Counted from the stretch's first letter, positions 1 through 10,858 are shown. The stretch is 64,000 bases of DNA from Candidatus Latescibacterota bacterium (GCA_965223905.1 CBDCXV010000002.1:192001-256000), one strand, 5' to 3'. The notes: generated by a model from the letters alone, not told the origin. Program-made: numbers and translations.

Positions 1-1
1 C

Positions 2-1780
2 GGCGACCAGGTCGACCGCGAACGGCTGCCGCCTGCAAGGGCCGTCCGGGATGATCGACAGCTCGCAGCTGACCTCGCAGCGGGGACCTGCCTGCAGGCT
101 CGCCGACTCTCCCCGCCATCCTTTAGGGCCGACGAGGGCGACCTCCAGCTCTGCCCTCTGCGGCAGGGGGTTGCGCACGGTCACCCTGACCAGCGCCGGT
201 CCGGGCTCGGCAAGGTGCACGCGGTAGGGCCAGATCCAGCCTCCCCAGCTGTCGAGATCGAAGTGGATCTCCTCCTCGCCGAGGGGCATGAGGTTCCTGT
301 GCAGGGTCTCGTAGTCGTGCCGCCACTTCTCGATGTGGACGAAGAAATCCTCGTCGGTGAAGAAGGCGGGCTGATGCCCCTGGATCACCACCTGCGGCCG
401 CCACTCGAGCATCCAGCGGCCGCTCTCCTCGTAGCCGTTGAGCAGGGCGCCGTTGCGGTAGACGTGGTTCTGCAGGCGCTGGTTCTCGCTCCAGTTCCTG
501 AAATCGCCGTCGAAGAAGTACTGGTCGCCGGTGTGGGCGAAGCGCATGCCGTCGGCCTCGAACCCGATCAGCGAGGCGAAGCGGGTGTGGCCGCTCATGG
601 GGGCGAAGTGGAAGCGGTACTCCTCCCACTCGACTTCCTCGTCGAGCCGGATGCGGCGGTCGACGCGGGCCGGCTGCGGCCAGTTGCAGGGGAAGCAGTG
701 CGCTTCCGGGTGGGCGATCAGGTCGGCGAAGTTCTCCGCGGCCCAGACCTCGGTGCCGAACAATCGCTGCAGCAGCGGCAGCCCGCAGACGTGGTCGTCG
801 TGGAAGTGGCTGATGAGGGCGACGTCGATGCGGTCGATCCCGAACTGCCTTTCGAGCGCCTCGAGCCCGTGGAGGAGGGGGCGCCGGTTGGGGGGGCTGG
901 AGTACCCGGGGAAGGCGCTGCCGAACGGGGAGGAGTAATACCCGTAGTCGATGACCAGCGCCTTGCCGGAGTCGCTGATGACGAACCAGTTGTTGCTGCC
1001 CGAGTCGGTGTCGAGGAAGACGTGGTCGGTCACCTTGTCGAGGCGTCCCGGAGGCCCGGGTTCGCCGTAGCGGTAGGGGGCGAGCAGCGCCGACAGGTTC
1101 TCCTCCAGGCCGCTCAACGCCCCGCCGGTGTCGGCGAGGATCGGCTCTCCCAGGCTCGGCATCAGGGCGGCCGGTTCGCGGCCCCGCAGGGAGCGGGCGG
1201 AGTACACGGCGTTCCCGGCGCCGGACATGTCGTTGTAGTTGTACTGGAAGGGGGCGACGCGCGGCACCCGGCCGGGGGAGTGGATGGCCTCGCCGCAGAA
1301 CACCACCTGCCCGTCCATGCCCGGCAGCGTTACCCCGAGCCCGACCTGGGTGAGGGTGCAGCCGGGCAGGGGGATCACCTCCACCTCCAGGCCGGCCAGC
1401 CGGATGCGGTCGTAGTCGCGCAGCAGGCCGGCGACCGCGACCGGCTCGATCGGGGCGAACAGGTTCCAGAGGTTGTCGTAGATGACGTAGGTCTCCCGCG
1501 CCCTGAAATGCTGCCCCGGATCGGCGAGAACGGCCCTCTCGTGCTCGGGCACGTACACCGGGATTCCCCGCGCCGCGGCCGGCACCGCCCCGGCGGCGTG
1601 ATCGCGGAAGTAATGGGTCAGGGCGAGGGCGGCCGGAGGCGCCGGGAGCTCGGAAACGCAGCCGAGCCAGCGCCCGGTGCCGGCATCGATTACGAGCATG
1701 CCCTCGCTTCCCTGCACGGCGTAGACGTTGCAGCTGTCCTCATAGCAGTACACACCCGGGATCACTTCCCGCCAGTTCAT
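2..1780 (-). CDS. Two-domain MBL-fold metallo-hydrolase (runs off the window edge)
   Basis: Not in the ORF track because it has no stop inside the window. Manual translation from ATG 1780: MNWREVIPGVYCYEDSCNVYAV...VIDAGTG...LTHYFRDH, with a second motif ALISHFHDDH near 800. Confidence 0.8.
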   Translation of the reverse strand, partial: MNWREVIPGVYCYEDSCNVYAVQGSEGMLVIDAGTGRWLGCVSELPAPPAALALTHYFRDHAAGAVPAAARGIPVYVPEHERAVLADPGQHFRARETYVIYDNLWNLFAPIEPVAVAGLLRDYDRIRLAGLEVEVIPLPGCTLTQVGLGVTLPGMDGQVVFCGEAIHSPGRVPRVAPFQYNYNDMSGAGNAVYSARSLRGREPAALMPSLGEPILADTGGALSGLEENLSALLAPYRYGEPGPPGRLDKVTDHVFLDTDSGSNNWFVISDSGKALVIDYGYYSSPFGSAFPGYSSPPNRRPLLHGLEALERQFGIDRIDVALISHFHDDHVCGLPLLQRLFGTEVWAAENFADLIAHPEAHCFPCNWPQPARVDRRIRLDEEVEWEEYRFHFAPMSGHTRFASLIGFEADGMRFAHTGDQYFFDGDFRNWSENQRLQNHVYRNGALLNGYEESGRWMLEWRPQVVIQGHQPAFFTDEDFFVHIEKWRHDYETLHRNLMPLGEEEIHFDLDSWGGWIWPYRVHLAEPGPALVRVTVRNPLPQRAELEVALVGPKGWRGESASLQAGPRCEVSCELSIIPDGPCRRQPFAVDLVA

Positions 1781-1809
1781 GGTTTCCGCCTTCCTGTTGG
1801 TTTGGGGTG

Positions 1810-2922
1810 CTATTTCCAGTCCCGGGAATCCGGGACGTCGACCCAGATGGAGCCCGCGGCGATCGACTGCTGGCTCACCAGGCCCGGCAGGGTCATGTCC
1901 ATCGCCTGATCGATGCCGATGGGGGGCTCGCTCCCCTCGCGAATCGCGGTGACGAAATCCTGGACCTGCCAATAGTCGCCGCCGCCGTGCCCGGCCCGGA
2001 CCGCCTCTTCGGGCGGGTTCTTCCAGAACTCCGGCAGGAACTCCTCCTCGAGGTCCTCGAGGGCTTCCCAGACGGGGGCCTCGCTACGGCTGCGCAGCCA
2101 GATCCTGTCGACTCCCCTGAACCGGTCGGAGGACTCGTAGGCGCCGTCGGTTCCCTGCAGGGCGTAGTGGGTCATGTTGTGCGGCCGGTCGGAGAGCATG
2201 TCGACCCGGATGTGGGCGAGACCGCCGTTCGACAGGCGGCACATCATGGTGACGGAGTCCTCCATCTCGTACTCGTCGCCGCGCGGGTCGCGGTAGTGAT
2301 GGCCGCTGCCGACCGCGCAGACCGACGCCACCCGGTGCGGTTCGAACCACTGCAGCACCGGTCCCAGGCTGTGGGTGGGGTAGGTGCAGCCGTTGACGCC
2401 GGTCTGCCAGCGCCGCCGCCACCGGGTGATCTCGTTGAGCTGCTTGAGCTCGTGGATGTAGGCCCCCTCGGCGTAGTAGAGCTCGCCGAACAGGCCGCGG
2501 CGGGCGATCTCCCGGACGATCACGTTCGGCTTCGTGCAGGTGTAGTTCTCCCCCATCATGTAGGCCGCGCTGCTGCGCCGGACGGCGCGCACGAGCTCCT
2601 CGCACTCCTCGAGGGACACGCCCGCGGTCACCTCGCTGAGGACGTGGATGCCGCGCTCGAGGGCCATGACCGCCTGGGGCGCGTGGAGCGGCATCGGAGT
2701 GCCGATCACCACGGCGTCGACGAGCCCGGAGTCGAGCATGGCCTCGGCGTCGGTGAAGGTCCGCTCGACTCCGAGCCGGGCCGCGGATTGGGCCAGCTCC
2801 TCTTCGGCGACGTCGCAGAGCGCGGCGATGGCCGCGGCCGGGTTGGCCTGGAGGCCGCTCGCGAAGCTGCCGCCGCGGCGCACCGCGCCGATGATGCCGA
2901 AGCGGATCGCGTCGTCATCCAT
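1810..2922 (-). CDS. Gfo/Idh/MocA family oxidoreductase
   Basis: N-terminal Rossmann RFGIIGA, DAVVIGTP..LH, HVLSEV, C-terminal GHGGGD. Confidence 0.85.
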   Translation of the reverse strand: MDDDAIRFGIIGAVRRGGSFASGLQANPAAAIAALCDVAEEELAQSAARLGVERTFTDAEAMLDSGLVDAVVIGTPMPLHAPQAVMALERGIHVLSEVTAGVSLEECEELVRAVRRSSAAYMMGENYTCTKPNVIVREIARRGLFGELYYAEGAYIHELKQLNEITRWRRRWQTGVNGCTYPTHSLGPVLQWFEPHRVASVCAVGSGHHYRDPRGDEYEMEDSVTMMCRLSNGGLAHIRVDMLSDRPHNMTHYALQGTDGAYESSDRFRGVDRIWLRSRSEAPVWEALEDLEEEFLPEFWKNPPEEAVRAGHGGGDYWQVQDFVTAIREGSEPPIGIDQAMDMTLPGLVSQQSIAAGSIWVDVPDSRDWK

Positions 2923-3219
2923 CGCTTGCAATTCTCCGGCGGTCGTGTCGGAGCGAACGGCCGATCAGTTGTCGGCCGCAGGTTTCTCCTGGGTAGTATG
3001 CCTCTGCACATGCATGGCGGCTGGGGCGGCGCACCTTGCGCTCACAGGAGGCCGGGCAACCGGTTCGCGCGCGACTGCAGCAACGCCGGGCAGGCTCAGG
3101 GCCTGATGGATACGGGGACGATCCTGCGGCATTTGGCGTGGTCAGGCCCACGGATATTTTCTAGCTTTTACCAGCGACACCAAGGTACAACCGCCTCCCG
3201 AATTTTGTAAGATTCTCTT

Positions 3220-3339
3220 ATGGGCATCGTATACCGACTTCTAGAGATTGAATTTTAGTGGGATGAGAACAAAGCCCAAAGCAACATATCCGCGCGTCGT
3301 GCGACGCGCCGGGAAAGGAAGTCTTATGAAGAAGCTTGA
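3220..3339 (+). pseudogene. BrnT (DUF497) toxin remnant with in-frame stop and internal deletion
   Basis: Translates MGIVYRLLEIEF*WDENKAQSNISARRATRRERKSYEEA*. The BrnT N-terminus (FEWDxxKAxxN) is joined directly to the C-terminus (ISARxATxxER). Confidence 0.75.
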
Positions 3340-3670
3340 AACCAAAAAAAAGGAAGAATTCGGTCTTGCGTTCCGTCCGCGTGCCACGGAAATGGTATCC
3401 ATGGAGATGCCGACGGAGGTGCTCGATTCCCTGAACCAGGTCGCCGCCAACCGGGACATGTCGGTCCAGGCATTACTCAAGTTCTACATTGGGCAGGGGC
3501 TGCGGCAAGATGTAGCCAGCCTTTTCGGCACCCGGGTGCTGGAAACGACGGAGGCCGTTCTGGCAAGGCATATCTCCTCCGAAAAGGAGATCAGCTCGAT
3601 CATCGAGGAGATTCGCGCGGAAACGGGCCCCGGTCGTTCGAAACTCTTTGCGGGTGCTCCAATCCGCTGA
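3326..3670 (+). CDS. CopG/RHH-like antitoxin partner of BrnT
   Basis: Overlaps the brnT remnant; RHH-like segment VSMEMPTEVLDSLNQVAANRDMSVQALLKFYIGQGLRQD. Confidence 0.65.
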   Translation: MKKLETKKKEEFGLAFRPRATEMVSMEMPTEVLDSLNQVAANRDMSVQALLKFYIGQGLRQDVASLFGTRVLETTEAVLARHISSEKEISSIIEEIRAETGPGRSKLFAGAPIR

Positions 3671-3672
3671 TC

Positions 3673-4380
3673 TCACGAGCGCCTCTTCAGCCTCGGTCCG
3701 TCCGGCAGGTCCTCGACCTCGAACCCCGCTGCGAGGATTCGGGCCCTGAGGGCGTCGGCAGTCCCGTAATCGCGCTGCCGGCGGGCCTCGGTTCGCCGCC
3801 GTGCCATCTCCATGACCTCGGCCGGAATCTCCTCACGCGGCGGTTCCCAGTTCGCCAGACCGAGGCCGAGCACGCCGTCAAAGGCCAGCAACGTTCCCTT
3901 TTTCACTTCGTCGGGAAGCTCCGACCGCACCAAGCCCCAGACCACGGCCAGGGCCTGTGGCATGTTGAGGTCGCTGTTCAGGCAGCGTTTGAAAGCCTTG
4001 ATGGAGGCAGGGTTCGGATCCCCGGCAGGACCCCATGCGAGCGCAGCCCGGCGCAGCCGTTCCAGGGCAGCCGTGGCCGCGTCAAGGGCTTCCCAGTTGA
4101 AGGTGAGAGGCCGCCGGTAGTGCGCCCCGAGCAGGAACATCCGGTAGGCCAGCGGGTCGTATCCCGCCTCGACCAGGCGGTCGAGCGTCAGGAAGGACCC
4201 GCTCGACTTGGACATGCGCTCGTCATCGAACACCAGAAACCGGCCGTGCATCCAGAAGCGGGCCAGCAGGGTCCCGTAGCAGGCCTCGGCTTGAGCGATC
4301 TCGTTCACATGGTGAATGGTCAGATGGTCTTCGCCGCCGCAGTGGATGTCGAAGTACGGGCCCAGACGGGATTCCGCCAT
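3673..4380 (-). pseudogene. cysS: C-terminal half of cysteinyl-tRNA synthetase (5'-truncated)
   Basis: FDIHCGGEDH..HH.NEIAQ, RMSKS, DLNMPQAL and DALR motifs; in-frame ECVAM just upstream; the HIGH-containing N-terminal half is absent. Confidence 0.8.
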
Positions 4381-4412
4381 GGCTACGCATTCCGTTGTGG
4401 GAGTGAACGGCC

Positions 4413-4820
4413 CTAAGCGCCCGTCGATCGTCGCTGCACATAGCTGAGGGCAGCGCGTGCGAGCAGCCCGGACCGCGTCTCCCCCTCCCGGGCCGCGGCC
4501 TCGTCCACGATGGCCAGCACCCGGGCCGGCACGGTGATGTTGATCCGCCTTGCCTTGCTCGACAGCTTGGAGATGTCGACTGAAACCAGCGCCCAGATCC
4601 CATCCCCGTCCTCGTTGGCCTGGTGTGTCTCGAGCGGGGCCTGCTCGGGTACCGGCTCGCCGTCCATGAGCAAGCCCTCGATGTGGCAGGCGACGGCCTC
4701 GTGAGCGGATTCGATAGCCTCTTCGAGTGTATCTCCGGCCGAGAAGCAGCCGGGCAGATCCGGCACGGTGACTCCATATCCGGTCTCTTCGTCTTTGTGA
4801 ATCACAACTGGAAAACGCAT
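4413..4820 (-). CDS. hicB: HicB family antitoxin with C-terminal RHH
   Basis: YGVTVPDLPGCFSAGDTLEEA, then RINITVP...RSGLL. Confidence 0.92.
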   Translation of the reverse strand: MRFPVVIHKDEETGYGVTVPDLPGCFSAGDTLEEAIESAHEAVACHIEGLLMDGEPVPEQAPLETHQANEDGDGIWALVSVDISKLSSKARRINITVPARVLAIVDEAAAREGETRSGLLARAALSYVQRRSTGA

Positions 4821-5014
4821 CAGCTATCCTCCCATTTCCATTGAGCCTGCCGGTAAATGTTGCGCAGCGTCCCGATCGGAATGTCCTTGCTCGGATGCTT
4901 TACCGTAACCCGTCCGGGCTTCTCGGGGTGGGTGAAATGATGGTGGCTTCCCCGCGTGTTCCTGAGCACCCAGCCGTCCCGCTTCAACTTCCGGATTATG
5001 TCCGTGCTCTTCAT
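4820..5014 (-). CDS. hicA: HicA family mRNA interferase toxin
   Basis: GWVLRNTRGSHHHFTHP..PGRVTVKHP.KDIPIGTL; stop overlaps the hicB start. Confidence 0.92.
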   Translation of the reverse strand: MKSTDIIRKLKRDGWVLRNTRGSHHHFTHPEKPGRVTVKHPSKDIPIGTLRNIYRQAQWKWEDS

Positions 5015-5016
5015 AA

Positions 5017-5050
5017 GTGTGTAATATACACACCACTTTCCCGGTATCAA
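5017..5050 (-). promoter_or_regulatory. hicAB promoter (TTGATA-16 nt-TATATT) with overlapping palindromic HicB operator
   Basis: Perfect inverted repeat GTGTGTA-ATA-TACACAC at 5017-5033 covers the -10 box, which lies 8 nt upstream of the hicA ATG. Confidence 0.65.
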
Positions 5051-5175
5051 CGATGGGAATTATCCAGTCGTCTCGATGCCGACTTTGCGGCGTACTACCG
5101 CAACAGCGGTCCCGGTTCGCAAACAGTGAGCGAGAAGGGCTGACGGTGCGCCGACATTGACAAGGAGATGCCGCC

Positions 5176-5968
5176 GTGAACGATACCGAATACCTGATGC
5201 AAAAAATGGCCAGGGCCTTCGAGATGAGGGAGGGACGAAAGTTTACCGCGCTCGAGAAGCAGTTCCTGACCGCCGCGGCGCACGGCGCCACCGGCCTGTG
5301 CCACGCCAGCTGCGACGTCCCGCGAATGGAAGCCCTGCTGCGGGAGCGGCCGGCCCTGCTCGAATCGGTCGGTTCGGTCGCCCTGTCGATGGCGGTCTCC
5401 TACTTCGGAACCTGCGAGGCGGTCCGCTTTCTGCTCGATCGCGGCGTCCGCGAGTTCTACGACTGCGAGACCGGGCTCTACCGGAAGCACCAGCACGAGC
5501 CGGCGACCAAGGCGTTCTACCACGGGAACTTCGAAACCCTGCGCGCGGTATTCGAGGCCGGCGTCAGCAATGCCTCCGTCATCAGCACGTCGCACGTGGG
5601 ATGGCCGGCGAACACCTCGCTGCTGTTCTGGGCGGTCGGCAGGCCGGTCGAGTACACGGAATTCGCGCTCGCGTACGGCGCCGACCCGGAAGCGCCGTTC
5701 TCGGGCAACGGCGAGCGCGGCAACACCCCGCTGCAGGAGGCCGCGGCGCGTTTCGGCACCGAGCGCTGGAATTCCGACGTCGCCGATACGGTCCGCGCTC
5801 TCCTCGAGCACGGGGCGCACGCCGCTCCACCGGGCCGCGTACGAGGGCAGGCTCGAGGCGGCCGAGGTGCTCATCGTCCTGGGGGCGGACCGAAGGCTGA
5901 AGACGAAGTCGGGGAAGCGGCCGCTGCAGGTGGCGCGGCTGGATTGCAGGCACCTGAAAGAGCAGTGA
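5176..5968 (+). pseudogene. Ankyrin-repeat protein, frameshift or deletion near 5820
   Basis: GNTPLQEAA...VRALLEHGA, then continues in another frame as TPLHRAAYEGRLEAAEVLIVLGAD...GKRPLQVA. Confidence 0.7.
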
Positions 5969-6061
5969 AGCCGGCCCTTGTCGCGCTGACATCCCTGTCG
6001 ACAGGGTGGATGGGATCGGCCGCAGCCCCCCGGGCAGCCCACAAGGGAGGCGAGAGAGCCG

Positions 6062-7131
6062 TTACTGAGGTGGGGCGCAGTCGAGACCGAGGGCGGCGAG
6101 GATCTCCACCAGGTCGAATGCGGCGACGTTGCCGTCGTCGTGCACCGCGTAGAATGCGCCCCGGCTGAAGGGGCCGAAGCTGCGGCCGGTGAGGGCCACG
6201 CCGTCGGTGTTGGCGGTGACGGCTCCGGAGAAGGCGCCCCGGCCGCCGAGGTTCTCGCGGTCCAACACCAGGAAGCGGTTGTCCACCTCGTCCTGGTCGG
6301 TGGCGAGCCAGTAATTCCAGCAGCGCCACACCCTCCGGTTCGTAGCGGAAGAGCCCGGCGCCGGCGAGTTCGCCGGTGAAGCGCCCCTCGAGGTCGTAGA
6401 CCTTGAGCACCCGTTCCGACTCCTCGGCGACCAGCATCCTGCCGTGAAGGGGCGTCCACCGCGACCGTCTCGACCTTCCTCAGGCAGCCGGCCTCCGTGG
6501 TATCGCCGTAGGCGCCGGCGTACTGCCCGGTCAGCTGGTTCTCCGACACCTGCAGGCGGAATCGCCGCAGACGCTCTCCCATCTCCGCGGCGGGGGCCGA
6601 GGCCGAGGTCGGTTCGTAGTTGTCGGTGACCCAGACGTCCCAGCCGCCGTCGCCGGGGAGTGCGGCGATTCCGTACGGCCGGCGCAGCACCTCCGCTCCA
6701 ATAATGGCGACCGGCTCGAACTCCGGCAGCGACAGGGCTTGCAGGCGATGGTTGTCGCGCTCGACGACGACGGCGAAGTCCCCGATCACGGCGATGCCGT
6801 TGGGGCGCAGGAACTGCCCCGCCTCGGTTCCCGGACCGCCGACCCGGCGGATCAGCTTTCCGTCGGCGGCGTCGTGAACGAGAAGCTGGTGCGCCGACTT
6901 GGCGGTCGAGAGGAGCCAGTGGCGGTCGCCGGGGCCGTGCCAGACCGCCGGAGAGTCGATGTTGTCCGCTTCCCGGCGCTCGGTGAGGAAGCTCTCGGCG
7001 ACGGTGACCGCCCCTTCCCGGGGCGGCGCCTGCATCGACCGCGGACCATCCTGGCACTGGCCGAGAATCAGGGCGGCCCCCAGCCAGGGAGCGGCCCGCA
7101 ACAGCCGCCGCCCGGAATTACAACAGGTCAA
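6062..7131 (-). pseudogene. Beta-propeller (3-)phytase, frameshifted
   Basis: NIDSPAVW, YEPEGVAL, NTDGVALT, GAFYAVHDDG motifs spread over three frames; signal-peptide-like N-terminus. Confidence 0.75.
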
Positions 7132-8960
7132 ACTTGAGCCCGGCAGAGAAGCGGCGGTCGTAGTACTCCGCCTGCATGGTGCGCTCCCTCACACCCTGGT
7201 AGAAGCGCAGCGGCTGATCGGTCAGGTTGCTCGCCTCGAAGAAGGCGCGCAGCTGCGGGGTGATCCTGTAGGAGCCGTTGAGGTCGACGTGGGTGGAGGT
7301 GTCGTAGTAGCGGTCGTAGAAAGCCGACTCGCCGATCTGCCCCTCGCCGGCGTCGAGGTGGGACGCGGCGTAGTTGACGGAGAGCCGCAGCGAGAGGGCG
7401 GACATGTCGTACGACAGGGAGCCGCCCCGCCGAGACCAGGCCGACCGTCGAGAAGTAACGCTCCGCCATGAGGTCGAAGTTCGTCGAAGTGGTCGGATCG
7501 AGAGCGGGGTTCCCCTCGAACAGCTCCTCGTCCTCGATCAGCACCTCGCGGCAGGGCACCAGGTCGTAGTAGTTCGGCCGGGCCAGGGTGTTGGTCCAGG
7601 CGAAACGGAGCGCCGTGGCGTCGTCGAGGCGGTAGCGGGCGTGCAGCCCGGGAAGCAGGTGCAGGTAGCCGTCGTCCCCGGTCACCGGGCGCGTGGTGAT
7701 CTTCTGGTCGGCCTCCGGGTCGATGAACAGCTCGTTGCCGGTGTAGTCGATGCGGGTGTCCTCTACACGCAGGCCGAGCAGCAGGTCGAGCCTGGGACCG
7801 AGCGCCTGCTCGACCATCAGGAAGGCGCCGGCCCACCGTCTCCCGGGCCTCGATAGTTCCCCCCCGGCACGTCACTGCTCGCGGCAGGTCGCTGCGTCCT
7901 CGAATTTTTCCGGGTCGTCGCGGATGTCGCTGCTGCCCCCCTTGGTCTGGCGCCGGATCTGCCCCTCCGGGGTGACGAACCCCGCCTTCCGGCGAGCTCG
8001 AGGTCACCTGACAGTCAGGAAACCGGTAGCGGTTCTCGTAGTCGTCCCGCTGGTTGCAACATCGTCCCGTAAGGTAGAGCTCGTTGCCGTCCTCGTCGAG
8101 GCGGCTAGTACTCGAAGAAATCGTTGTCCCGCAGCTTCTCCTTGCCGCGGTAGCGGAAACCGAGCTGCACCCGGTTGCCGCTTTCTCCCTGCAGCCAGGG
8201 GAAGGAGAAGTCGACGCGGGCGTTGAGGTCCTCCTCCTCGGTGAACTGGTTTTCCTCGGTATCTCGTGCGAATCTCGAACTCCGACAGGGCGATCCCCGC
8301 TTCGTCGGCGGCTCGACCAGGCAGGTTTCTCCGGGTCGCCGATGTCGGAGCCGCACGCCTATGTCCCTGACGCGGTACTGGATGTAGCGCTGGCGATCCG
8401 GCCGTTCCTCGGAGGCCCTGCCGCCGAGGAAGCAGGTCGCCGGCCACCACCGAGGAGAGTCGACCTCGAAGGCTTTCCGGCCCAGGAGATGCTCCCCCCC
8501 GCTTCCCAAGGTCATGCTTGCGGAAATGCGCCTGGCTTCCTCGAGGCGGGCGTCGCGGATGTCGACGAGATTGACTGACCCCCCGATTGCGTCTGGCGTC
8601 CGGATCTGCCCCTCCGGGGTAACCCCGCCTTCGGGGAGCTCGATGGTCCCTGGATCATGTCCGCAGGCGCACGTAGGTCGAGTTCTCGTAGTCCTCCCGC
8701 ACTTCTCCTGGTTGAACATCGCCGTAAGGTAGAGCTCGTTCGCGGTCGTTCGAGGCGGTAGATCGAGTTGCGCCGCTGAGGCTGCTGCGGATGCGGTCGA
8801 CGGATCGTACTTGCGAAGCTGGAACTTCCGACATGTAGACGTTGCGCCGTCCTCCCCGATCCCGGGGACTCCGCCTCGATGTTGTCGGAGCCGAGCGTTG
8901 TGCGTTGTGGTAGCGTCACCGGCCTGGTCGGCGACGCATCGACGTTACGTGAACTGCCGC
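7118..8960 (-). pseudogene. TonB-dependent receptor (fragmented, 5' part garbled)
   Basis: LGLRVEDT, TNTLARPNYYDL, GNPALDPTTSTNFDL, FEASNLTDQPLRFYQG and terminal GLKFDL in several frames. Confidence 0.7.
7915..8760. repeat. Degenerate direct duplication, about 190 bp, offset about 650 bp
   Basis: CCGGATCTGCCCCTCCGGGGT at about 7953 and 8600; CGTAAGGTAGAGCTCGTT at about 8068 and 8723; many indels between the copies. Confidence 0.7.
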
Positions 8961-9028
8961 GGACTCTGTTTCTGCTGATTGAGGGCGCGGGCCTGTCCCT
9001 GTTGCGAAACTGTGACGCCGCTGCGTAG

Positions 9029-9817
9029 CTACAGATTGAGCAGGGCGTCGTCGGGGACCGCCCGCAGCGGGGTGAAGTCGCGGTTGTTGTGGTACCAGTC
9101 GCGTGCACTGCCGGTGCAGGCATTGCTGACGGCGTTGTAGATCAGGTACACGATCGCCCGCCGCCAGGGCGAGACGTTGTCCGCGGAGCCGTGGATGACG
9201 TTGCAGTGGACGAAGCAGACCGAGCCGGCCGGGCCGATCAGCGGCTCGATGCCGTGCTCGTCTGCAAGGCGCTCGAACTCCTCGCGGCCGATGTGATGGA
9301 GCTCGTACTCCTTGCCTTCGGAGTCCTCGTGCGGGTTCGAGTCGAGCAGGCCGCGGCGGTGCGAGCCGGGAAGGATCAGCAGCGGGGATTTCGCCACCGT
9401 GCAGTCGTCGACGAAGACAGAGGCCATGATGCAGCGCGGCTCCGGCATGCCGTCGATGCTGTGCCAGGGCGGGAAATCCTGGTGCCAGGTCCAGGAGGCC
9501 CCGGAGCCGAACCCCTGCTTGGGGTTGAGGCGGCTCTGGTGCAGGTACACCTCGTCCTGCAGCAGCCGGCGCACCGGGTTCAGCAGCCGCGGGAGCAGGG
9601 CCAGGCGCCGGAACGGCTCGGAGTAGATGTGGGCGCCGAAGGCGAGGCGGGCGGCGGTGGGGTCCTCCTTCTCGCGCACGATCTCGGGGCCCTGGCGCGC
9701 CAGTATTTCGGGAAGGGCCGCCTGCAGGGGAGCCGCCTCCTCGGCGGACAGGAGGCCGGGGAAGAAGAGGTACCCCCGGTCGGCGAACGCCGCTGCCTGC
9801 GAGTCGCTCAGCTCCAC
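9029..9817 (-). CDS. Fe(II)/2-oxoglutarate dioxygenase, PhyH family (EctD/proline hydroxylase-like)
   Basis: YLHQSRLNPKQGF, WTWHQDF..W...DGM, HCNVIHGS. Confidence 0.85.
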   Translation of the reverse strand: MELSDSQAAAFADRGYLFFPGLLSAEEAAPLQAALPEILARQGPEIVREKEDPTAARLAFGAHIYSEPFRRLALLPRLLNPVRRLLQDEVYLHQSRLNPKQGFGSGASWTWHQDFPPWHSIDGMPEPRCIMASVFVDDCTVAKSPLLILPGSHRRGLLDSNPHEDSEGKEYELHHIGREEFERLADEHGIEPLIGPAGSVCFVHCNVIHGSADNVSPWRRAIVYLIYNAVSNACTGSARDWYHNNRDFTPLRAVPDDALLNL

Positions 9818-9827
9818 GGATCCCCCC

Positions 9828-10858
9828 TCAGCCTATGCGCAGGGCCGCCTCGAGGGCCGGGCCGCCGTCGCCGGAACAGCCGCGCTCGCCGCTGCCGGCC
9901 ACCGTGGAGATCAGGCCGCTCTCCGCGTCGACGCGGCGGATTCTCCCGTTGCCGCTGTCCTTGACGTAGAGGTTCCCCGCCGGATCGATCGCCATGCTGT
10001 AGCAGTGGTCGAGCTGCGCCTCGGCCGCCGGGCCGCCGTCGCCGGAGAAGCCGCTGCTTCCGGTCCCGGCGACGCGGTGCAGCAGCCCGCTGCCGAGGTC
10101 GAGGCGGAAGATGCTCGAGTTGTTGCCGTCCACGAGGTAGACCCGGTCGCCGCGCACGAGGATGTCCCGGGGCCGTCCGAACTTCGCCTCGATCGCCGGG
10201 ATGCCGGTGTCCGTCGGTCCCATCTCGCCGCAGCCGGCGATGGTGCGCAGGATGCCGGTGTCCGCCTCGAGGCGACGGAAGCGCAGGTTGTCGGTGTCGG
10301 CGATGTAGAGGTCGCCGTTGGCGGCGACGTCGACGGCGAGGGGGGCGTACAGCTTCGACTCCAGGGCCGGCAAGCCCTCCTGCGAGTACCCCTTCTCCCC
10401 GGTGCCGGCGCAGGTGGTGATGACGCCGGTCGCGGCATCGACCCGGCGGATGCGGTGGTTGTGCGTGTCGGCGATGTAGAAGTTGCCGCTGCGGTCGAAG
10501 CGGCAACCGTGCGGCACCGCGAGGCTCGCCCGGCGGCAGGCCCTCCGTCCCCGGCGAAGCCCTCCTCGCCGTTGCCGGCGACCGTGGTGATGATGCCGCC
10601 TGCGGCGTCGATACGGCGCACCCGGTTCTGGTGGGCGTCGGTGACGTAGATATGGCCGGCGCCGTCGAGGCCGACGCGCATCGGGTGGGTGGAGAAGGCC
10701 GCTTCCGTCGCCGGCCCTCCGTCCCCGGCGGCGCTGGCCCCCATCTCCGGAGGGCGGCCGCCGGCCACCGTGGCGATGATCCCGGTGGCGAGATCGACGG
10801 CGCGCAGGCAGTGGTTGCTTACGTCGGTGAAGTAGAGTGTTTCAGCGGATGCGTCCAT
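9828..10858 (-). pseudogene. NHL-repeat protein (frameshift near 10525, possibly 5'-truncated)
   Basis: Repeated GDGGPA / GNLYIADT.NHRIRRVD..TG.ITT.AG units in two frames. Confidence 0.8.

Noticed and set aside
215-1909. 564-aa plus-strand ORF (also 1807-3210, 37063-39330, 54177-55598 and similar)
   Set aside because: Antisense shadows of real genes, common at high GC; no motifs.
5095-7131. 678-aa phytase fusion
   Set aside because: Read-through after a frameshift into the antisense of the ankyrin gene.
7915-8760. Diverged repeat as a DGR template/variable repeat or CRISPR
   Set aside because: Differences are indels rather than adenine-specific substitutions; no reverse transcriptase, cas genes or regular spacing.
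9029-9817. Naming this gene ectD
   Set aside because: The signature is only partial (WTWHQDF) and there is no ectABC context.
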